From positions 63,175,176-63,239,159 of the forward strand of contig JARFYF010000084.1 of the NCBI GenBank assembly GCA_030265395.1: a stretch of DNA of 63,984 bases, in the 5' to 3' direction. The DNA is from Rhina ancylostomus. Taxonomy: Eukaryota. The position numbers were made by a program, and so were the translations under genes. Below, one piece after another: positions 63,455-63,984 of this stretch (the first letter of the stretch is position 1; each line of letters opens with the position of its first letter). The notes under the pieces were generated by a model. The model did not search any database and was not told where the DNA came from. It saw nothing but the letters and a program-made list of their open reading frames with translations.

Positions 63455-63865
63455 GAGGCTGAGGGGAGACCCGACAGAAGTTTATAAGAATATGAAAGTC
63501 GGAATCTTCTTCCCAGGGTAGAAATGTCAAGTACTGGAGGACATGCATTTAAGGTGAGAAGGGGAAATTTTAAGAGAGATGTGCAGGACAGGTTTTTTGC
63601 ACAATGAGTGGTAGGTACCTGCAACAGGCTGCCACGGATCGTGGTGGAAGCAGATATGATAGTGACTTTTAAGAGGCTGTTAGGTAGACACATGAATATG
63701 CAGGGAGGCTGTTAGGTAGACACATGAATATGCAGGGAATAGAGGGATGTGGATCACATGCAGGCAGAAGAGAATTAGTTTAACTCAGCGTCATTTCAGC
63801 ACAGGCATTGTGGACTGATGGGCCTGTTGCTGTGCTGTACTTTTCTATGCTCTTATATTCTATCT
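63455..63865 (+). mobile_element. CR1 LINE 3' end with internal 32-bp tandem duplication (63673-63736)
   Basis: ggaggctgaggggagac...ggacatgcatttaaggtgaga...gggcctgttgctgtgctgtacttttctatg; (gaggctgttaggtagacacatgaatatgcagg)x2. Confidence 0.9.
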
Positions 63866-63984
63866 GTCAATAACTTCTGCAGCCACTGTATCCTTCCCTC
63901 TCTAGAGCTGCAAGGCTGGTTTTAATTGTCCAGAAAACATATCTCATATTGATTCTTCTCCTTGGGCATTCTGTCAGGATCAAA

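Overview
This is AT-rich, repeat-dense vertebrate genomic DNA with many N gaps. The repeat complement (CR1/HER1-type LINEs, HE1/V-SINE-type and DeuSINE-type SINEs, Rex1/Babar, Penelope) points to a cartilaginous fish, probably a ray or shark (inference). The only host-gene coding sequence I can support is the last two coding exons of ZNF622 on the minus strand (32434-32577 and 30170-30303, GT-AG, phase-compatible, candidate AATAAA at 29919-29924). I found no upstream ZNF622 exons in the remaining ~31 kb. Everything else recognisable is transposon debris; most family names come from my recall of consensus motifs and boundaries of degraded copies are approximate. The most notable observations are: (1) Penelope-derived terminal repeats carrying minimal type I hammerhead ribozyme motifs, often damaged at CpG sites; (2) a fold-back Penelope-end element with a 15-bp target-site duplication nested in an older relative; (3) a 171-bp inverted repeat enclosing a 5'-truncated SINE; (4) one V-SINE body carrying different LINE-derived tails; (5) an ancient Ingi/Vingi-like LINE fossil. 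I see no CRISPR array, rRNA or genuine tRNA gene, and no evidence of a wholly new protein-coding system.
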